Assembly: GCA_000165425.1 (NCBI GenBank)
Contig: CT868097.1
Location: 68,867 to 132,866 of the forward strand
Length of the DNA: 64,000 nucleotides
DNA from: Paramecium tetraurelia
Lineage: Eukaryota
Direction: 5' to 3'
The position numbers and the translations under genes are program-made. Below the pieces are notes generated by a model. It was not told the origin of the DNA. It made no database searches and was given only the letters and a program-made list of their open reading frames with translations. Position 1 is the stretch's first letter. Each line of letters opens with the position of its first letter. This document shows positions 1-14,755 of the stretch, in pieces.

Positions 1-11
1 TATACTACAAA

Positions 12-2465
12 TCAAAAATAATGTTCCTTTAATATATCGTTGAGTTCTTAGTCTCTAATAGGTTTGACGAGATAATTCAATACGCCAATTTTCTTACATT
101 CTTCTCTTTCCTTATGATCTGTATACCCAGAGCAAGCAATGATAATTTGATTTGGATTTATTTTAAGCACTTCCTTAGAAGCATTAAAACCATTCAATAT
201 TGGCATCTCCAAGTCCATAAAGATTAATCGATAGCCACTACAAGTTTAGCAACATTTTTTTTTTTTCAACTTTTCAATGCATTCGCTACCATTTGATGCC
301 GAATCTATATCTAGAATGTTTCTAACTATCAATATCAATATTTACTTTTTATTCAATAATTTTGTGAACGTAAAGACATTAAATATCTCATCATCAACTA
401 TTAAAATATGAGGGCATCTAGTAAGAGGGGGTTCTAAGTCGATTGATTTTGGAGGTTCCAACAAAAATGTCATTCCTTCATCAACATCTTAGGACTAACC
501 TTGATTTTCTTTAATGCGATAATTTGACACTCTCTTCAGTCTAGTTTATTAGATTTGCAAGTTAAAAAAAAAATAAGTACCTTAATTTAACTTTGAATCT
601 ATCTATAAACCACCAAAACCTATAGAACTTGCTATCTGATTACTGATAACCAAACCTAATCCCACTCCATTCTCATTCCTCTTTCTACTTTCTTCAGAAT
701 TAACTTTCGAAAATTACTTGAATAGTTATTTTTAATCTTCATTAGAGATACCAATTCCATCATCTTGCACGCCTATTCTGATTGTTGTGTTATCTATAGA
801 GGAGACGAGTATGGTAATTTTATTGGACGCAAATTTAAAGCTATTGCTCAATAAATTCACCAAAATTTATTTGATTCTATTCCGATCACTAAAAACTAGA
901 GAGGGAGCTTAATTATCATAGACATAGGAAAGGTTTAATTTTAAGATCTTAGCCTTCAATGCAAATAATTTCAAGCACTCTTTGATCAGTAATTACAAAT
1001 TGAATCTTGTCTATTGAATTGTAAATTTACCATTTTTTATTTGAGCCAAGTCTAGCAAATCATTTGATAAATTTAAAATATAATATGAATTATCCAAAGC
1101 AGCTTGAAGCATCTCAGAATTGTCCATAGTTAATTAATTAGTGTGCAGTACATTTTCAATCATCTAAATAATGCAATTCAGAGGAGATCTGTATTCATGA
1201 CTTACATAGGATAGCATTTTTGATTTTTATAGATCATATTCTCTCAAATATTTGATTTTTTATTTATGAGTAATGTCTCTAATCAAAATAAAGAATAAAT
1301 TGTTCTCCCTTTTGGTTATAGTGAGTTCCAACATTTTCTCTGTTTTTCTTTCATTCTAAGACATTGCAACAATATTATGAGGGTAGAATGTTTGTAATGT
1401 AAAAAATTCGTTCTAAAGACTATTTTATTTAAATTTACTAAAAATTTCTTTAAATTAGTTGACTACTTTTTTTTCTTGATTCAATTCTAATAGAATTTAG
1501 TAATGCGGATTGTTGGATTGATTTATCTATTCATTCTTTAAATAAGCCATACTTTTGCATAATTATTTTTATTGATTAATTTGTAAAAAATTGTCATCTT
1601 AGGAATGATGCTATTAATATTATATGTTGTTTAAAGAATTAAAAATGTCAAGAATTTCTTTTGCTGAGTTAACTGAAAACAATGTTTTTGATGCTATATT
1701 GGTAAATACTATCTCCATCTCCTAATTTAATTAGTTTAATCTCATAACTACTAATCCTTCATGTGTAAATTCCATCATTACGTCTAGTATATTCGTGTTT
1801 AAAACTTGTTTTTGAAAAGTGTAATCTGGCAGCAGAAAATGATAGAACGGAAATTCTTTACTCTTTGGGGATAGCTTATCTGTATCAGACAATGAAGATG
1901 CCCTGTCTTTCCTAGTGATTATGTAATCTATCTTCTAGTTGTGTTGCTAAACACTTAATTTGTTTTTTGGAATAATCACTTTTTACAATCCGTTGGCCAA
2001 ATTGATGAACAAGGAGAAGAGCAAATAAATTATGCATTAATAAAAGGATATGTCAATTTATTATGCTTAAGATATGTAAAAGATCTACAAACAAGTTGAT
2101 TAAAGCAACAAAACTAGCCAAAATAATCTACATCGAAACAACTATTTTTGAAATCTTAACAAATCCTCAATTAGTTGTGTTGTGATAAAATGCAAAATGA
2201 CAACATATGCAGTACATTCAATTTGAGAGTTACTTTCGTTTTGAATCAGAAATAAGCATAAACTCAGTTGAATTAATATCAGGCTTCCAATGAATAGGGT
2301 TGGTTTATTTTTGGTCTAAAAAAAAAATAATAATAGAGACGAAAGAGCTTAGATGACCAGATATGCCAAATTGGTATTTTCCAATGATTTTAAATAGTAA
2401 TAAATTGAAAACCCTAATCCATAGGTCTAAAAGAGAATTACTATCAATCTCCACACAGGTTTCAT
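12..2465 (-). CDS. Membrane-anchored hybrid histidine kinase (TM, HisKA, HATPase, receiver)
   Basis: Code-6 translation shows H-box SYVSHEYRSPLN, N-box ILVNLLSNSFKF, G1 VQDDGIG, G2 GVGLGLVIS and receiver LIVDD..LIFMDLEMP..KP. Hydrophobic N-terminus; intron 322-345. Confidence 0.92.
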
Positions 2466-2917
2466 TTATCAAATAATAAATTATACAAAACCTTCATATT
2501 ATATGGCTTAAATTATTATTCAAATGAGACCAGTCTGACTGCTTTTATTGGAATGTTACACATTTAAAGAATAATATCAAATGAAATGCAATAATTTGCT
2601 GAGAAATTTATTTTAAAATATAAAGGTTACTTAGAAAACTATAGTACAATTGACCAAAATTGAAAATCTTATTTTTAATTAAAAGATAGCAGATAAAAGG
2701 AAAATGCCACTAAAATTAGAAGTATTTCATATTATTTAATTTGAGTTCACATTGAGTTAGGTTAAAATATCTTCTCTACTTCTAATAAAATATGTATAAA
2801 AAAGAGATTAATTTGATAAGAAGTTATAATCAAACAAATTCTGCATTAAATTTTTATATTTTAATTTCTGACAAATCAAGATACTGGAATCATGTATAAA
2901 AAAAAATATTGTAAATT

Positions 2918-3576
2918 TCAAAGTTTTAATAGGACTTTCTTCACTATGGCTTTGTGCTTGATGTGACTTGTTTTTTATCTTATTTTTGAATTATAAATGT
3001 AACACGTACTTTCTTTCCTTAAAAAGTTATTACTAATATTATTCATATAATGTACCCTAAAATCCTTATGACTTTAAGATATTCTTCATCCTAAGTGTAT
3101 TTCACCAGATGAAAGAGATTTCTGAGTTGATTTACAAGTTCACTCATGAACAAAAGAAATTGATTTCCTTTTTCTTCTCCCAGAATTTGAAAAACAGTTT
3201 TTTTTTGTCTCAAAGCATATTAGACGATGGCTTTTGAAAAATTTTTCTGAATATTCGTTGAGTCCACCAATAAATTAGGTTTTAAATTGCTCCCTTTTTC
3301 GTCTGATTAGATTTAAACTGAAGGTGTTTAAATTTGTTCTGAAGTTTTCTCGAAATCAATGAAAGGAACAGACTTTTTAGGCAGAGTTTCAAGGGTTTTC
3401 TCCTCTTGTTTTATTGGATCTCCTTTCGTCTTAATGGCAAGAGTTGGCCCAGCCTACATTATTTGATATTGTTAAAAATATGGATTTTAAGCAGGATAAT
3501 AGTACTAAGGATAGTATTATGGGTAGTATTGTCCTTAGGGAGTTGGCATGAAGTTCTAATATAAGTTCTGGTACAT
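2918..3576 (-). CDS. Hypothetical protein with Q/Y/P-rich N-terminus and a STNIQKNFSKAI motif
   Basis: Open code-6 frame MYQNLYQNFMPTPQGQYYPQYYPQYYY... with one 23-nt GT..AG intron, ending in TGA at 2918. Confidence 0.75.
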
Positions 3577-3863
3577 TAAATAATTATTGTTTTTTGCAAT
3601 ATTTTGTATCACATTAGAACCCGATAGATAATAAAACTTTTATTTAGAATAATTAAAATATCATCCGATTAAATTAAAATGTTAATGGCGATTTCAGAAA
3701 TGAATGCGATACAAAGTTTATGAAATTATCGCATCATGTCCATAAGGATTAATAAGCAAAGAAATTTTTTTTGAATTAGTATCTAATTAAGAAATTATTT
3801 TTAAACTTTAATTACAAAAAATAGTTATAAAATATTATTATTATTTATCTGATTAACTCAGAC

Positions 3864-6788
3864 TCACATTTTAAAATACTTTTCAAAGTCCTTATCCGTC
3901 TATGGACATATGGTGTTGCTTTTTATACAGGTATGATGGGCGATAACACCATTAGGATAAACAACAAATACCTATGTGATCAAAATTATATTTACCTTTT
4001 CACCAATTGATCTACTGCAAACTGCACACTTCTTTTCAGATGTAATCCTTACGTTGGCTTACTTGGTGCTGGCATTCAAGCATTCGACATTCAATAAATC
4101 CATATCAGATAGATGGAACGCAGCTTTTGTCGATCTCTTTTAATGTAGTGTGTGGCCTAAAGTAAAGTATCTTATTACTTATTACACTATTTAAAAATTA
4201 AAATAATCCATCATCTTCTCCTTAATCAGCAAGTATCCAATTCTCTGGTATCATTTCTAATACTTCCAAAGCATTTAATTAAGAGTGTGTTGCATATTTT
4301 TTCAAAAAATTGTTGATTGTAATCTACATTTTGAATGAAAAATTGAATTACTTTAACTTAATTAAACGCAAATAATGTTTACTGATCAGTTGATCTTTCC
4401 TTCTATTTTCCCTCCAAAAAGAAATATAGCTCTTTATACTTTAAATTAAAGAGAATTCATACCTTTTTGAAGAGTTTAGTCAATAAGTTATCAGTATACT
4501 CGCAACAATATTTTTCAGCCCAATCATAAAATCCAAGATTTAATAATTAACTTAATGCTTCCTCATGTCTTTTCTCTCTACCATACAACAGAATTACTTC
4601 TCCAATCATCCAAGAATCCTTTACTTTTTTTTCCAAAATGCTTGAAGAATTATATTTGGCATTTGGATTCTTTAAGAACTTTTTTAATGACGAATAAGAT
4701 TCCTATGCAATCTAATTCTTCTTCATATCAATCTAAGCTGGCTACGTCTCTTTAGGAAATATGGTGAACAAGAAATCTATGTAAGAATATACTAATTGAG
4801 TATGGAATCTTTCTTCCTCTGTCTACTTTTCCAATACTAAGACTTCTAAATATTTCTCTTTGAGTTTCCTCTTTAGATCTTGTTCCTTTTCTTCATCCAA
4901 AAACTTTAACATTTAATCTGGTGATATTATGCTTTCACTAACGTAAAAGATTTAAATTCCTGTTTTGAATTGCTTTTTCAAAACCCATTGAATGAACTTG
5001 AATATTCTATTCTTTTCTGGATTCTACTTAAGAATTCGAGTAGTTTCCTCACAGGCCTCCTATTGCACTTATTAATTCAAAGAATCACCCCCAATAGTCC
5101 TCCAGACTTCCAGCGACAAATCAATTTTATTAAATGATTCATAAAATCTGGCTAAAATACCTTATTGTTATTCAATTGCTTTATTATTTTGAAATATGGC
5201 TTGTAATTCAGCATACATCGATAAACAATATATTTGATTACAAGATAAAAAGTTCTTTAATTTAGGTAATTGTTAAGCCTCTAAATAGGCCTTTATCAAT
5301 GCAAAATCTATCAATTCCAACAGTTATTCACACTGTATAGCATGCCATTAATTTTAATTGAAAATCTAAGTACTAGTTAATAAATTCAATTTATCCTTCA
5401 TTGAATAAGCATATTAAGTTGAAGTTAGTACAGCCCTTTTCTTTTCTAGAATTTCGATCAAGAAATCTCTAGCTTATAATTTCAATTCTTAACTCTTCTT
5501 AGGATCACCTTTATTTTATTCTTATACATATTTGGCAATAATTAGTGATATCGTATTTTAAGATGGATTTGGATTAACTGATTCTAATTTCTCTACAGCA
5601 TAGTAATAATCTGGGAATAAACAAATGAAATCTCTTGGTTCAAAATTTGTCTATAATATATAATTCAATGCATTCTAAAACTACATCTATCTAATCAAAG
5701 CCCAACCACAATCCAATTTTAACTATTCCAATTACTAATTCTTTTATGCATCTTAGTTTTAATTGTATTGTTAAAATACTTGGAGTGCATCTTCCACCTT
5801 ACCTTACTTTAGTAAATCCTAAATCTATTGTTCAGGAGGTGTTTAATATAAGTAGATGATCTAAAAATGTTGATAAAATAATTCATACCTCACTAGAACT
5901 TCCATAAAATAAATGGTTTGATGTTTAAGTAATACATTTTGCTGAAGATGACAATTAAATATCACTCATAGGTTTAGAGTCCAATAAATTGAACACTTGT
6001 ATTAAGTTATCAAATAGTACTATCAAATATTACTTAAATATTGTTATTATTTATATTGACTTATTTTGTATTTGGATAGTACTCTTCTATTTCATTTAGC
6101 CATCCTTGCCAATAAAAATACCAACATTGTTAGTTGTTATTATTAATAATTCATCATTATCGGTTGCCTTCAGATATGGATTAGATCCAATATCCAGAAT
6201 TAAATTGGCTACCTAAAGTTATTTATCATCAAGATTTATCACAGAATAATTTTTCTTTGATATTCCAAAATAGAATAAGCTCCCTATAAATGCAATTGTT
6301 ACAGGAATATCTGGCAATAAGAATCTCTCTCTCAAACATTCAAATTTTCCTGCTTTCTAATTGTATTATAAAATGAAGCCTTCTTTCTTCTTAGTCACTA
6401 TCACAATCTCAAGTTAATTTATTTTCGAAAATTCGTTTAAGGCAAATAATGATACCTTTTCTTTAGAGATCTAATCCCCTTTTAGAGTCTTTTCTTCAAC
6501 AAAAAATAATGTTTGATCTGATAAAACCAAAAGATTAGCACCCGCTTAAGGGAAGACTTTTATTTAATCAATCCTTGATTTAGTTAAAGATTTGGATTAT
6601 GCTTAATTTGCTTGTATAATCATGGCTTAATCCGGCTACAATTGATATCTAATTCAATTAATCCTTTACCTATATAATGTGCCTTTCTCATCTCCAGTGT
6701 ACAAGACATTTTAATAAGCATCTATAGATGATATCTTGTAGTTTATTTCAAGGACACCTCTTGGATTAAATACACTTCCCAATTTCAT
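3864..6788 (-). CDS. VPS39: Vps39/Vam6-like (TGFBRAP1-like) HOPS/CORVET subunit
   Basis: N-terminal CNH-like region (ISSIDAYQNVLYTGDEKGTL) and C-terminal ITSEKKCAVCSRSIGEKVFVVYPNGVIAHHTC, typical of Vps39_2. Several tiny introns. Confidence 0.85.
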
Positions 6789-7323
6789 TAAATAATATAT
6801 AATAATATTTAGATTAATTCATTAATTTATTAGCTTCATTAGCAATAATTACATTATTTGACTTGAAATATTATGAGAGGTTTTTGAAAGCATAAAAACA
6901 TTGTTTTCACTTTATAAAATCAAAATTGTTATGATGTTAGAGTATTTTAGCAAAATTTGCTGATTCCTCTGATTCTTTAATTAATGAAAATCATCATGAT
7001 TCATCAAACATGTAATATCTTCATACAATTTCCAATACTTAAAGAAGAGATAAGATGAAAACTGTTACTGATTAATCTGATCTAATAATTCTAATTTAAG
7101 TTTTGTGTTCATATTTAAGTAAGTGAAAAGTTAAAAAATGAATAACTAATTATTATGATTAATTATTTATTCTATTTATTTGCTCAGTTTTCTTTAGATT
7201 TTGAAATCTATTATTATAATCTTTGAAATAAAATTTTATTTTAAGAAATGGACAATTAATAATAATTTGATAAACTTACAAATAAAAGATAATCAACTAA
7301 ATACTGTTTATAATGATTATATA

Positions 7324-9533
7324 TCATATTTCATATATTCTAACTGTGTGATCATCACTACAGGAAGCAAGCAAATTATTATTAAATTTGATTCTGTTAA
7401 TAGTTTTAGAATGTTAATGATATTTATCTACAGCAGACAGCAATTTTAATTCAAGAGCTTATGTAAGTTCAAATGTCTCTAGTTGTCCTTAACCATAGGC
7501 TACAGCGACAATTTATTTTTCATTAAGTTAAACAGAATCTATAGCTGTGATCTCATCTGGGAAATCGATTTCTTTTATTGGCAATGATGCCTCTTTAGTA
7601 TTATAAATTCTAAATTTTTTATCTCTGCTTCCAGTAAAGATCAGAGATTCATCATTATTGAATGAACAAGTATACACAATTCTTGAACAAGGCTATGATT
7701 TTGATAGTAATTAATAAGTGTCATCATCCTATTTAACAAATACTCCTAAGCATCTGTCTTTACTAACACTTATCAAATATTTTCCACTCTTAGAAAATAC
7801 AAGTTAGACAACAGTGTAATTATGACATGGTAATAATTATTTAATTTTGAAAGTGTTTGTATCCCAAATGATTATTTCAGCAGCTTTAGATGTAATGGCA
7901 ACAGAGGATGAAGCAGCTATATTTTAATGTATAGCTATTGCCTAAATTGCATAACCGTGCCCATATAATTTATTAGTTTCTGGCCATAAGGATTTCTTTG
8001 CAAGCAAGGCATCATTTGGAGGTTATCCATATTTGACTTCAAGATTGACTTCAACTTCATTAGCTTTGACACTATCATATATAAAATAAAGTCTACTTCT
8101 CATCTTCTTCATCCTCAAATTACATTTGTACATTCATCAATCCAAGTGCCTATTGTATTCCTTCAGTAGCTAATTTAAATTCATTAAATTATCTATTGTT
8201 ATAAGTTACAATTTGTGAAGGAATATTTTTATTCAAAAAGACAGATGAATTAATATTTTATTCATTCAAATAATTGAGCTAATTAATTGTAAAAGGAGAT
8301 GGATTGAACATTCTTAATATCTTCTCATCTCCTCCACTTATAACTTGATTTCCAATTTGTTTTATAGCATTTAAATCATAACCATGAATTTATGGTCTGG
8401 ATATTTCATGATATGTGCCATTTTGAATCCACTTGGCAAAGATTCGACTAGTTTAATCAATACTACAAGTGAGTAAATAGTCATTAAAATCAAGATCTGT
8501 TACCTCTGCATAATGGCCTGTTATCACAGGTTATTCTACCCAATTATCTTATTGCTATTTCCAAATATAAATTGCCCCAGTCAAAGTATAACATATAATG
8601 TATTATTTATCATATGATGTTTTCAATCCAAATATCTGATTCTTATTTCCACTTGTTTATCCTAATCTGGAAACACTTAACCATAATCCGGTATCCTTGT
8701 CTTGCTTCCAAATGATAACATTGTAATCAAATGAACCACTCAGAATTGTATTCTCATCAAACCAATTTACTGTAGAAACCTCTTCATTATGTCCTTAGAG
8801 GATTGTCTCCAATTTGAAACTATATAATTATTAGCCTATTCTAAAAGATCTAATCTTAGCCTCAACCTCATTAACCTTGTAGATGCTCCAGATTCTAGTG
8901 TATGTATCCTTAGATGCACTTGCCAATTACAAGTAATCCTAGTTTTTTTAGAAAAACTGCAAGTGATTTAAACTTCTCTAATGACCTTTCACTGAAGCTT
9001 TATATTATAATTGATTGTTCTCTAAGATGTATAAATGGATTTGAGTATCTACTCCACTGAGAGCAACAAAAATGAAATTATCAAAAGCAATTGCATCAAT
9101 GTTCTCCATCACATTATTACCAAACTCAAGCTTTGATAATTCTTTTAATTCTAAATCCAGCACTGTAACTAAGCCATCGATAGACAAGGCAATTAGGTGT
9201 TTACCAATAACTTTGAACAATTATATTGATTCACTTAATTTAGTTTCATGTAAAATTTAGGAATCGTTGAATATAGCTATTTTACCCTCTCCATCAGCAG
9301 CTATCAATGTATTTGCATCCAGAAATCTTACGTAATTGACTCTCTTATTAAAAGTTGAATAAGAATATATAACCTTTAATTTCTCAATATCATACACTAA
9401 TATCTAAGATAAAAAATTGAGTTACTTGGTTACTACAAGGAAATGCTATCAAATGTGAATTTGGTTCAAATTAACAAACATCCAAACCATTATAGACTGA
9501 ATTACAGCCTCCTGATATGAATACATTTTTCAT
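7324..9533 (-). CDS. ELP2: Elongator complex protein 2 (WD40 repeats)
   Basis: MKNVFISGGCN start, YHEISRPQIHGYD, LWPETNKLYGHG, terminal LASCSDDHTVRIYEI*. Confidence 0.93.
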
Positions 9534-9566
9534 TCTTAATTAATTATTTTAATTAAAGAAAGAATA

Positions 9567-10706
9567 ATGGATTATCAATTATAATTATAATTAGAAGTAC
9601 CTTAATCAAAATTATTTGAAATTAAAAACCAATAGCCAAAATAAGTTGATGCTGGCATTCTCTAAGTATTGAAATGGCTAAATTTATTAGTTATATTAAT
9701 CAGAACAACTTAAATTAACTTTCTTAAAATTCGGCTAGTTTTAATATACATTGCAAAAAAATATCCCTGTGATGGTTGCTTTAATAGTTAATGGTAGCAA
9801 AATGTACATTTTCCCTGGTCTTAATGATATATTTTATGGAATCATTGTAGAGAAGTAAGATTAGGTATCTGATACATTTGAACATATTCTCTCAGTTAAT
9901 GTTCGACTTGTGATTTCTCCCCAAAAGCAACACTAAAATGTTATGTCTAAGTCTATTTATGGTGGAAGAAATGATATGAAGTAATTAAATGAATAGCAAA
10001 AATTGACCCAACAGGAATTAATGTTGAGAACTGGAATAATGCAAGTCAATTTGTGGGAACATGTTGGATAAGGAGAGAAACCTGCAGGAGTTAGCGATTA
10101 TATAAAATAAGGAGGAAATGCTATTAGATAAGGCTTAATTTCTGTAGCTGGGTTTATTGGAGAAGGGATAAAGAAAGGAGGTGAATTGATTTCTGAGAAG
10201 ATCACTGATAAAGAATAAAAAGAAATATCTGAAGACACATTGAATAAAGTTAAATTAGTGAATAAAGGGTCTAAAGCTATACTTCAATTTACAAAGGCTT
10301 AAGTTGATGCTTTGATTAATTTGGGAAAGTTGATTGCAGATGAAGCTGAGAAATAATTTGAGAATAGTGAAACTGGTAAAAAGATGTAAGAGCACAAATA
10401 TTATGATGATGCTAAAAACGTTGGGGGAGCTGCTGTTGTTGCTGTTGTTAGCATTTATGATGGACTAACCGAAGCTCTAAGTGTATTATTGGATTGCACT
10501 GGCTAAGCAACTACAGAAGTAATTTTCATCGTTAATCACTTTAGGTTATTAAAAATAAATATGGAGATTAAGCTAGTGAATTAAGTAAAGAAGGATTTTA
10601 AGTTGCAGGAAACGTTCTCGCATTCGATAAAATATATGTTTAAGCAGCAGCAAAAGCAGTATTAGAATAATAATAGCAATAATAATAACAATAACAAAAA
10701 TAATGA
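9567..10706 (+). CDS. Senescence/spartin-associated domain protein
   Basis: C-terminal ...GEGIKKGGELI...VGGAAVVAVVSIYDGLTEAL...ATTEV-IKNKYGDQA resembles the spartin/ERD7 senescence domain. One intron; polyQ tail. Confidence 0.8.
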
Positions 10707-10795
10707 AGATATTTAATCATTCTTATTTATTTTTAATAAATAAATATTTTTAATTTTTAGGTATCTAAGTTAAATATTTATATAAATTATAGACT

Positions 10796-13479
10796 TCAAT
10801 AATCTCTTCTACTGAATTCCCTTCGAAGCTATTTTGTATTTCTATATTTTTATTTTTCTTTATAGAGTTGCTTGATTACATTATTGAAATTGTTGTGAGG
10901 AAGATATTCATTATAATTATGTATTTTATCAAATCCTTCTAATTCAGAATTATGTATATAGCCTCGAAATTGATCTAATTATTGAAAAATTAAAGTTTCT
11001 TTTACTAAGGTTTTCCTTTTATCATTCTCTATTAAGGAGGGTTTTTTCTTTTAAAATATTTATGATTTGTTTTGTTTTTCACTTTCAGTTTTTTTAGGGA
11101 AAAGAGACTCCCTTCTATTTTCGGAAGGCACATTTTTATTTTATTCTTGCTTCGAAAGTGATTTGTTTGATAACTATATTTGATCTATTCCTAATTGAGA
11201 CTCTTAGAGATAACTTAGAGAATTTGAAATTTAATAATTGAGCATATTATCCGTATTCAATGAATCTGCATAGTCTTCTTAGATTTCTTTTGTGGCTTAT
11301 TAAATTGAATAAGAAATCATAATAGATTTTGATTTCTAACCAGATCTCCTTTGATAAAACCGATAATTAGTTTGTGACTAATTCATCTTCAAAATTTTGA
11401 TATATAAATTTGGCTAATAGGTGATGTAAGGACATTCAAGTTGTAGATGATTGGATTGACCACAGAATTGACATTTTTTTTAAATAGCTGAGAATGATTT
11501 TGAATAAAAAATATTGTCCTTTATCTTATGAAATCTTTCGAAATCTTTAGAGTTTTATTTGATGATAGTAATAAATTGATCTCTATCTATTTTGAATAGT
11601 TGAGTGAATCCAACGCTAATAATAGATTCTTTAGTAGTTTAGCCTGTAAAAAATTAATATTCTCCAAATGTTTCTCCCGCCTTTAAAACTTTTATAATTT
11701 TCAAACTTTGTTCCTCTACAATTTAAACCTCTCCTTCCTTAATGAAATATCTAAATGAAAATATAACTTTACAAACTTTTATCCTTATTGTCATTTGTAT
11801 GATAAATGAAATCGTTAGGAGTAGACTTAACTTCATTTAAAATATTCTATAGTTTATTTTAAGTTGAAGTTGAGAAATTGTCAGTGAAAACTTTAATTTT
11901 TAAAATTGCTCTGTATTGAATGTCTTATTCAATTTATTTTTTTAGGTTTACAGGTAAATCATTAATTATTTTAGTTGTGTCCTCTTGGTTTTCGAGAATG
12001 TCATTTTCAATATTATATTTGATATAATTTTTTACTCTTCTTTATATTTATTAATCAACCTCATTCTTAGACATGAACTAATTCATTAATATTAAAGTCC
12101 GTCTAGGATTATAGGTTAATAAATACTTGAACTTTGTTTATTAATCATATATTGTTTTGACAATTACTCCAATAGAATTCATTGTGTAAGCAAACATACA
12201 ACTTGACAGTAACATCATGATTGTTGCAAATGTCACTTCAAATTAATTTTTAGGTGTGATATCACCATATCCTACTGTTACCATAGTCATTGTTGCCCAA
12301 TAAAATGAGTAATTATATCTCACCCAAAATGGCTCATCAATGATATTGTAATAAGTTAACCAAGATCCATATTTTTAAGTAAGATTTCCTACATGATGCC
12401 ACAAACATGCCATTGTATGTGCAAAGAAACAAATAATGATTACTAAAGTTACTATATTAAGAAGATTACTATTAAACCCTTTTAAATATAATTGTTCCAC
12501 TAGAATGTTGAATTTTCGATCTATCTTCCTAATCGTAATTACAAATTATAAAACTACCATGATCTCATTTAGGTATTTTTACTCATCAAAATCAAAATAT
12601 ACTAAAAACCATATGGTAAAACTGATAAGATCTTCCAGCAGTTAAGTTTACAAATAATTTTTCCATATTTATGAAATCTCAAAAACCACTTCTCCATTCA
12701 ATATAATTGGTCGATAAACTGAAAACAATATCTCCAAAATTATATACAGATTTATAATAATTTCTGCGGGTTTAAACGTATATAAATGCTAACCAAAAGA
12801 TGCAATTAGTGTGCATAAAAAAAGACTCAAAAATAGCAACAATAATGAAATTAAATCCCAAACCAAAGTGAAGTTTCGATCTGGCATTAATAGGTTAATC
12901 AGTGTTTTGCTTTTTTATTGCTAATTTTTGTTTTACTGCCTGATATAATACAATATATATTTTATACCTCTCAATAACATAATTTGCAGATTTTACTTTA
13001 TCCTTTTGCTCTTATAGATATCCTTCATTACCTAGTATATTTTTCATTCTATATGGTAAGACATAGGATGAGGAAAGCAGATTATTTTTAAATTTATTGA
13101 TCAAGTTTGATTTTAATATTGTTTTAATAAAATTAAAAGTGTCTTGCTTACTTGACTTTTCTACTCTATCAATTTACTAGATCTTTCCTTCAAATAAATT
13201 TCTTCTACTCCCCTTTATAAAATTGCTTTAGGAAGTCTAAAGGTTTTAATTTTTCTTAGTAAATTATTACTTAGCTTTCAAAATTTAATAATTTAAAGAT
13301 GCTATTCCAACTTTTTTTGGGCTTTCCTTTTCATTTTAAATCTCATTTTAACTTGTTTCTGAGAGAATTGAATTTTTTGAAGATGGATTTTTTTTATACA
13401 GATTCACTTCAGATTATTCAATTGAAGGCCCGAAATAACAATCTTATAGGAGACCATTCTCTGTCCTATGAGTACTCAT
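10796..13479 (-). CDS. K+ channel with cyclic-nucleotide-binding(-homology) domain, EAG/CNG-like
   Basis: Pore YWATMTMVTVGYGDITP, TM segments, C-linker and CNBD (GETFGEY). Ends are approximate. Confidence 0.88.
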
Positions 13480-13876
13480 TTATATTATATTAATTTAATT
13501 AGATAGTTGAATTGTATTAAATCATGAAATATATTTTATGAAATTAAATAGTTATTAAGAGAGTTTAAGTATTTTTGATTACTCATTTAAAAGAATTCAT
13601 TAAAGATATTTTAAATATTGTAGAAATATTACTACTCAGTTACACAATTGCTCTTCACACTAAATTTTACAAATTTTAATATCATTTTTATTACTTAATT
13701 GATCTTTGGCTTATTTTGAAGGCTATTATTTTCAATTGTAATGTTTGAGGTTGTTTATCAAAAGATCACATTTGAAATATTTTTAATTACAATAAAATTA
13801 CTAAAACAATAATATGGTAATTAATTATTTACATCGAAAAATAAAAAATAAAATAATTAAAGTTAATTGAGTATTT

Positions 13877-14698
13877 TCATGAAAATTATTTCTTTTATTT
13901 ATCTTTCTTGATTAAAGCTCGTAATTCTTAGGATGAACATTTCCAATTCTTCTAAGTGTACCTCTAAAATGATTCTATTTTATTTATAAATGATTCCTCT
14001 TATTCTTATTTAATAAGTTGTTCTTTTTGTTTATTTAGTTCTTAAATCCTTTAAAGTTCTAATAAGCTATCTTAAATCTCCTTAAACTATGACTACAAAG
14101 TAATTTGGCTTTTAGACTGCTAAATTGCCGTATCATAATTTTGAGGTTTCTTTAATTTCACATTACTAAAACCAAGGTTTGAGTTAGAAGTTGATTCTTA
14201 CAACTCAGCCATTTATTTTTCTTTCTTTAGTTATTTCAATTACATCTCTTGTTTTATCTCTTTTTATACTCTCTCCTTCAATATTATCCTTTGTTATAAT
14301 GCTTCTAATTTCCTTATATCAGCATGTTAATTTTTAATAGCACTTTCAACTAAGTAAGCGTTATCTTTGTCTACTGTCACTTATTCATTTGGCTGGTTAT
14401 TAGGAGCGTGATAATAGTAGGAAATTTAGGGTCTCAATTCTTCAGAATGAATCATACTCATATAATTTTAATTCGGAGGATTAAAAACCTCGAAAAATGG
14501 TTTATCCATGCGGATTTCTTTAGGGATAACTTCTTCTCCTTTTCTCTAAAGTAATTAGTTAGGTCTACCCTTTGCTTTCAGTAATTTGAGAGAAAAAGGC
14601 TTAATTTGTGGAAGATCGAAAAACTGATCCCCGAACTTACCAGTGGCTTTGAGTGGGATAATTGATTATTATCCAAATTGAGCAAAACGATTCTGCAT
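13877..14698 (-). CDS. Hypothetical protein (coiled-coil C-terminal half)
   Basis: Code-6 frame beginning MQNRFAQFGQQSIIPLK and ending KKKQFS*; the middle was not fully traced. Confidence 0.7.
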
Positions 14699-14755
14699 TA
14701 TTAATTGAAAATATTTATAAATATTTTATTATTTATTTTAAAACTAACATTCAAA

